A program made the position numbers and the translations under genes. The notes beneath the pieces were generated by a model. That model was given only the letters and a program-made list of their open reading frames with translations, had not been told where the DNA came from and did no database searches. Shown here in pieces: positions 61,351 through 64,000 of a DNA stretch of 64,000 nucleotides. Source of the DNA: an uncultured Verrucomicrobiota bacterium (lineage in GTDB: Bacteria > Verrucomicrobiota > Kiritimatiellia > CAIKKV01 > CAITUY01); assembly GCA_964611575.1 (NCBI GenBank), contig CAZTAJ010000003.1, positions 15,360 through 79,359 on the forward strand, given 5' to 3'. Each line of letters starts with the position of its first letter. Position 1 is the first letter of the stretch.

Positions 61351-61380
61351 TCGACACATATCATACACCTTGTGTATCAT
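61351..61380 (+). promoter_or_regulatory. vapBC promoter with an operator palindrome
   Basis: TCGACA-N18-TATCAT with inverted repeat ATACAC-CTT-GTGTAT (61363-61377) overlapping the -10. Confidence 0.5.
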
Positions 61381-61386
61381 TTGAGC

Positions 61387-61626
61387 GTGAGAACCAATAT
61401 TGAGATGGATGACGACCTGCTCGCCGAGGCGGCTAAATACACGTCGACTCGAAGCAAGCGAGGGTTGGTTCAGGAAGCGTTGTCTTTGTACGTGGCCACC
61501 AAACGCGAGGAACGGCGTCGGATGACTTATCGGGAACGCCTGCAAAAAGTTCGGGCCCAAACCGAGCGCCTGCGCGGCCATAGCGACGCGCACGATCTCG
61601 TTCGACGGGACCGCGACACACGATGA
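61387..61626 (+). CDS. vapB: VapB antitoxin
   Basis: GTG start giving MRTNIEMDDDLL...KRGLVQEAL; ATGA overlap with vapC. Confidence 0.85.
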   Translation: MRTNIEMDDDLLAEAAKYTSTRSKRGLVQEALSLYVATKREERRRMTYRERLQKVRAQTERLRGHSDAHDLVRRDRDTR

Positions 61627-62036
61627 GCACCTATATCATCGACACGAGCGTCACCGTCGCGTGGTACCTGGAGGAGCGCTTCTCGGCGTCGGCAAGAACC
61701 TGGCAGGATCGCCTGCTCAACGGCAAGGTGCGACTGCTGGTGCCGTCCTTTCACTACTGGGAGTTCGCCAATGTCCTGCGTACGCTGGTGACGCGGGGCG
61801 AGATCGGTCAGGATCTCGCATCGGATATCTTCGATCTGCACCTCGACGCGCCCATGGAGGTAGCCGAACCGGAGCGGCGTGTTGTGTTGAGCACGGCCCT
61901 GGAATACGGCGCCACCGCGTACGATGCGGTGTTCATCGCACTGGCCGTCGCCAATCAGGCGCCCCTGATCACGGCAGAACGCACGACCACGGGCTGGGTA
62001 ACGAAGCTCGGCGCCTTGATCGAGCCCGTCCGTTGA
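61623..62036 (+). CDS. vapC: VapC PIN-domain toxin
   Basis: IIDTS, WEFAN, AYDAVFIALA, LITAE. Confidence 0.9.
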   Translation: MSTYIIDTSVTVAWYLEERFSASARTWQDRLLNGKVRLLVPSFHYWEFANVLRTLVTRGEIGQDLASDIFDLHLDAPMEVAEPERRVVLSTALEYGATAYDAVFIALAVANQAPLITAERTTTGWVTKLGALIEPVR

Positions 62037-62084
62037 CGCAAGTCAAAACGGCTGACCTCATAACGCTGAACGCTGCCCGATGCC

Positions 62085-63083
62085 TCACCCATCCCGTTCG
62101 GGACGCGGGTCGCGGGTCAGCAGCGCCTCCACGGCGGCATGGGGATCCTTGCCTTCGTGAAGCACGGCATAGACTTCCTCGGTGATGGGCGCGGGAATGT
62201 CGCACTTGCGGGCAAGGGCCCGCGCTGCCGCCGCATTGGAGACGCCCTCCGCGACCTGTTTCATCCCGCCCAGAATGGTGGCGATGGACTCGCCACGCCC
62301 GATTCGCTCGCCTACCGTGTGGTTGCGGCTCAGACGGCTCGTGCAGGTCAACACCAGGTCGCCCATGCCGCTGAGCCCGGCGAAGGAGGCAGGGTGCGCC
62401 CCCATGGCCACGCCAATGCGGGAGATTTCCGCCAGGCCGCGCGTGATCAGCGCCGCGCGGGCGTTGTGCCCCAGGCCAATGCCGTCGCTGACCCCCACCC
62501 CGACGGCGATCACGTTCTTGAGCGTGCCGCCCAGTTCGACCCCCACCACGTCGTCCGAGGTGTAGACCCTGAACCGGCGCGTGTTGAACACCGCCTGCAA
62601 CGCCTCTGCCAGGGCGTGGTCGCGCGCGGCCATCACCACGGCCGTCGGCGCACCCGCGGCCACTTCGCTGGCGAAACTCGGCCCGGACAGGGCCGCCACG
62701 GCGCCATGTCCCAGCACCGCTTCAGCCACTTCCGTCATGCGCTGGCCCGTCGCCGGGTCCAACCCCTTGGCCACACTCACCACCTGCGCCCCGGTCGGGA
62801 TGAGGGCTGCCGCCGATTCCAGCACGCCGCGGAAGAAATGCGTCGGTGTCGCCAAGACCACCACTTCGGCCCCCTTCAGGGCGACGGCGCGATCGGCCGT
62901 GAAGTCCAATTCCGGCGGCAACGCGACCCCGGGCAGGTAGTCAAGGTTCTCGCGGGCCGCCGTCAACCTGGCAATATAGTCCGGAAACGGCCCCCAGATG
63001 CAAACTCGGTGGCCCGCCCGCAGGAGCGTCAACCCCAGCGCCGTCCCCCAGCCGCCGTCCCCCATGATGGCAATACGTTTCAT
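62085..63083 (-). CDS. gpsA: NAD(P)H-dependent glycerol-3-phosphate dehydrogenase
   Basis: GDGGWG, SGPSFA, GTLKNV, TCTSRLSRN, VAEGV. Confidence 0.96.
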   Translation of the reverse strand: MKRIAIMGDGGWGTALGLTLLRAGHRVCIWGPFPDYIARLTAARENLDYLPGVALPPELDFTADRAVALKGAEVVVLATPTHFFRGVLESAAALIPTGAQVVSVAKGLDPATGQRMTEVAEAVLGHGAVAALSGPSFASEVAAGAPTAVVMAARDHALAEALQAVFNTRRFRVYTSDDVVGVELGGTLKNVIAVGVGVSDGIGLGHNARAALITRGLAEISRIGVAMGAHPASFAGLSGMGDLVLTCTSRLSRNHTVGERIGRGESIATILGGMKQVAEGVSNAAAARALARKCDIPAPITEEVYAVLHEGKDPHAAVEALLTRDPRPERDG

Positions 63084-63087
63084 GCGC

Positions 63088-63729
63088 TCACCCCGATTTC
63101 CTGCCGAACCGATGCTCGGTGCCGACGCGCAGGCGCTGGAGGTTTCCGCGGTGCCGCCAGACGATCAGCGCGCCCAGCAGCGTCAGCGCCACGGGCAACA
63201 CCAGGGAGGCGTCGGGCTTATGCCACCACCAGGCCGCGGCAGGCACCGCCACCGCCGCGGCGATGGACGCCACCGAGACGTAGCGGGACACCCCGAAGAC
63301 CAGCACCCACACCAGCACCCCGAGCCCGACCGCCTTGGGGGCAATCCCGATCAGGGCGCCCGCACTGGTGGCAACGCCCTTGCCGCCCTTGAACTTGAGA
63401 TACACCGGCCAGGTGTGACCGGCAATGGCCAACGCGGCAAACAGGACGCCCAGCGACGGGTCGGCGGGGGCATGCCCGGCCGCCGGAACCCAAAGCGGGA
63501 AGAACCACGCCGGCAGCCACCCCTTGACCGCGTCGCATACGAACGTCAGGACGCCCAGCGGTTTACTGACCGACCGGAACACGTTCGTCGCGCCGATGTT
63601 GCCGCTGCCGACCTGGGTGATGTCGACCCCTTTGAGACGCGCCACCAGCAGGCCGAACGGCACGGCGCCGATCAGGTATGACGCCACTGCCAGCCCGGCA
63701 ACAACCGCCCATTCGCTGAGACTGTTCAT
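63088..63729 (-). CDS. plsY: Glycerol-3-phosphate acyltransferase PlsY
   Basis: YLIGAVP, GSGNIGATN, DAVKG, GHTWP..FKGGKGVAT, RH.GN..RL..G.E. Confidence 0.95.
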   Translation of the reverse strand: MNSLSEWAVVAGLAVASYLIGAVPFGLLVARLKGVDITQVGSGNIGATNVFRSVSKPLGVLTFVCDAVKGWLPAWFFPLWVPAAGHAPADPSLGVLFAALAIAGHTWPVYLKFKGGKGVATSAGALIGIAPKAVGLGVLVWVLVFGVSRYVSVASIAAAVAVPAAAWWWHKPDASLVLPVALTLLGALIVWRHRGNLQRLRVGTEHRFGRKSG

Positions 63730-63801
63730 CCCCGGTCCTCCGGTTCCATGCGAACGCGATACGCGGCGCCATGGACACACCACTGCACTGGCTGCTTCTC
63801 T

Positions 63802-63857
63802 GGTAGGGCCGGCTTTACGCCGGCCATGCGCATAGCCGGCATAAAGCCGGCTCTACC
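63802..63857. repeat. GTAG-type REP doublet
   Basis: GGTAGGGCCGGCTTTACGCCGGC ... GCCGGCATAAAGCCGGCTCTACC inverted pair. Confidence 0.8.
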
Positions 63858-63875
63858 TGTCGTTCCGTCTTCGCA

Positions 63876-64000
63876 TCATCGTACCGCTGGCACCGCTGTT
63901 TTGGCCATCCGCTTCTGCCTCAGGAGCTGGACGATCATGAGCACCTGGTTGGCGGTCCAGTACAGCACCAGCGCCGACGGCATGCTGTACAGGAACATCA
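63876..64000 (-). CDS. yidC: Membrane insertase YidC, C-terminal fragment
   Basis: Hand translation MFLYSMPSALVLYWTANQVLMIVQLLRQKR...* matches the PSxLxLYW...N..Q motif. Confidence 0.8.
   Translation of the reverse strand, partial: MFLYSMPSALVLYWTANQVLMIVQLLRQKRMAKTAVPAVR

Overview
Bacterial, GC-rich DNA. A PVC-superphylum host such as Kiritimatiellia or Lentisphaeria is my inference from gene content and repeat style, not something proven. The window has two parts. (1) From <1 to ~22.8 kb is the right end of an integrative defence island, visibly less GC-rich by eye. A tyrosine integrase (21356-22639) sits beside a tRNA-Val(TAC) gene whose 3' third is missing. Cargo: a coupled minus-strand operon (HTH, 132-aa protein, SNF2 helicase, 1758-aa N6-adenine methyltransferase, then Lamassu-type lmuA-lmuC-lmuB, cut by the window edge); a DUF6361-like/PLD/helicase triplet (Azaca-like); and four unexplained genes encoding two putative HhH-fold DNA glycosylases and two small PD-(D/E)xK nucleases. 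(2) From 22.9 to 64 kb is host chromosome, almost all on the minus strand: MFS transporter, polyol dehydrogenase, PfkB kinase, CBS protein, hypFCDEAB, carbohydrate genes (two large unknown GH-like proteins, two GH36 enzymes, a URO-D family protein), a RAYT transposase bounded by 27-bp inverted repeats, a NAD-reducing [NiFe]-hydrogenase operon hoxFUYH-hoxW with a receiver-only regulator, then a thioesterase, lemA, a UDP-sugar pyrophosphorylase, a TPR membrane protein, vapBC, gpsA, plsY and the 3' end of yidC. Host intergenic DNA carries inverted 7-bp-period arrays and REP-like hairpins. All family calls come from motif recognition by eye; no searches were run.
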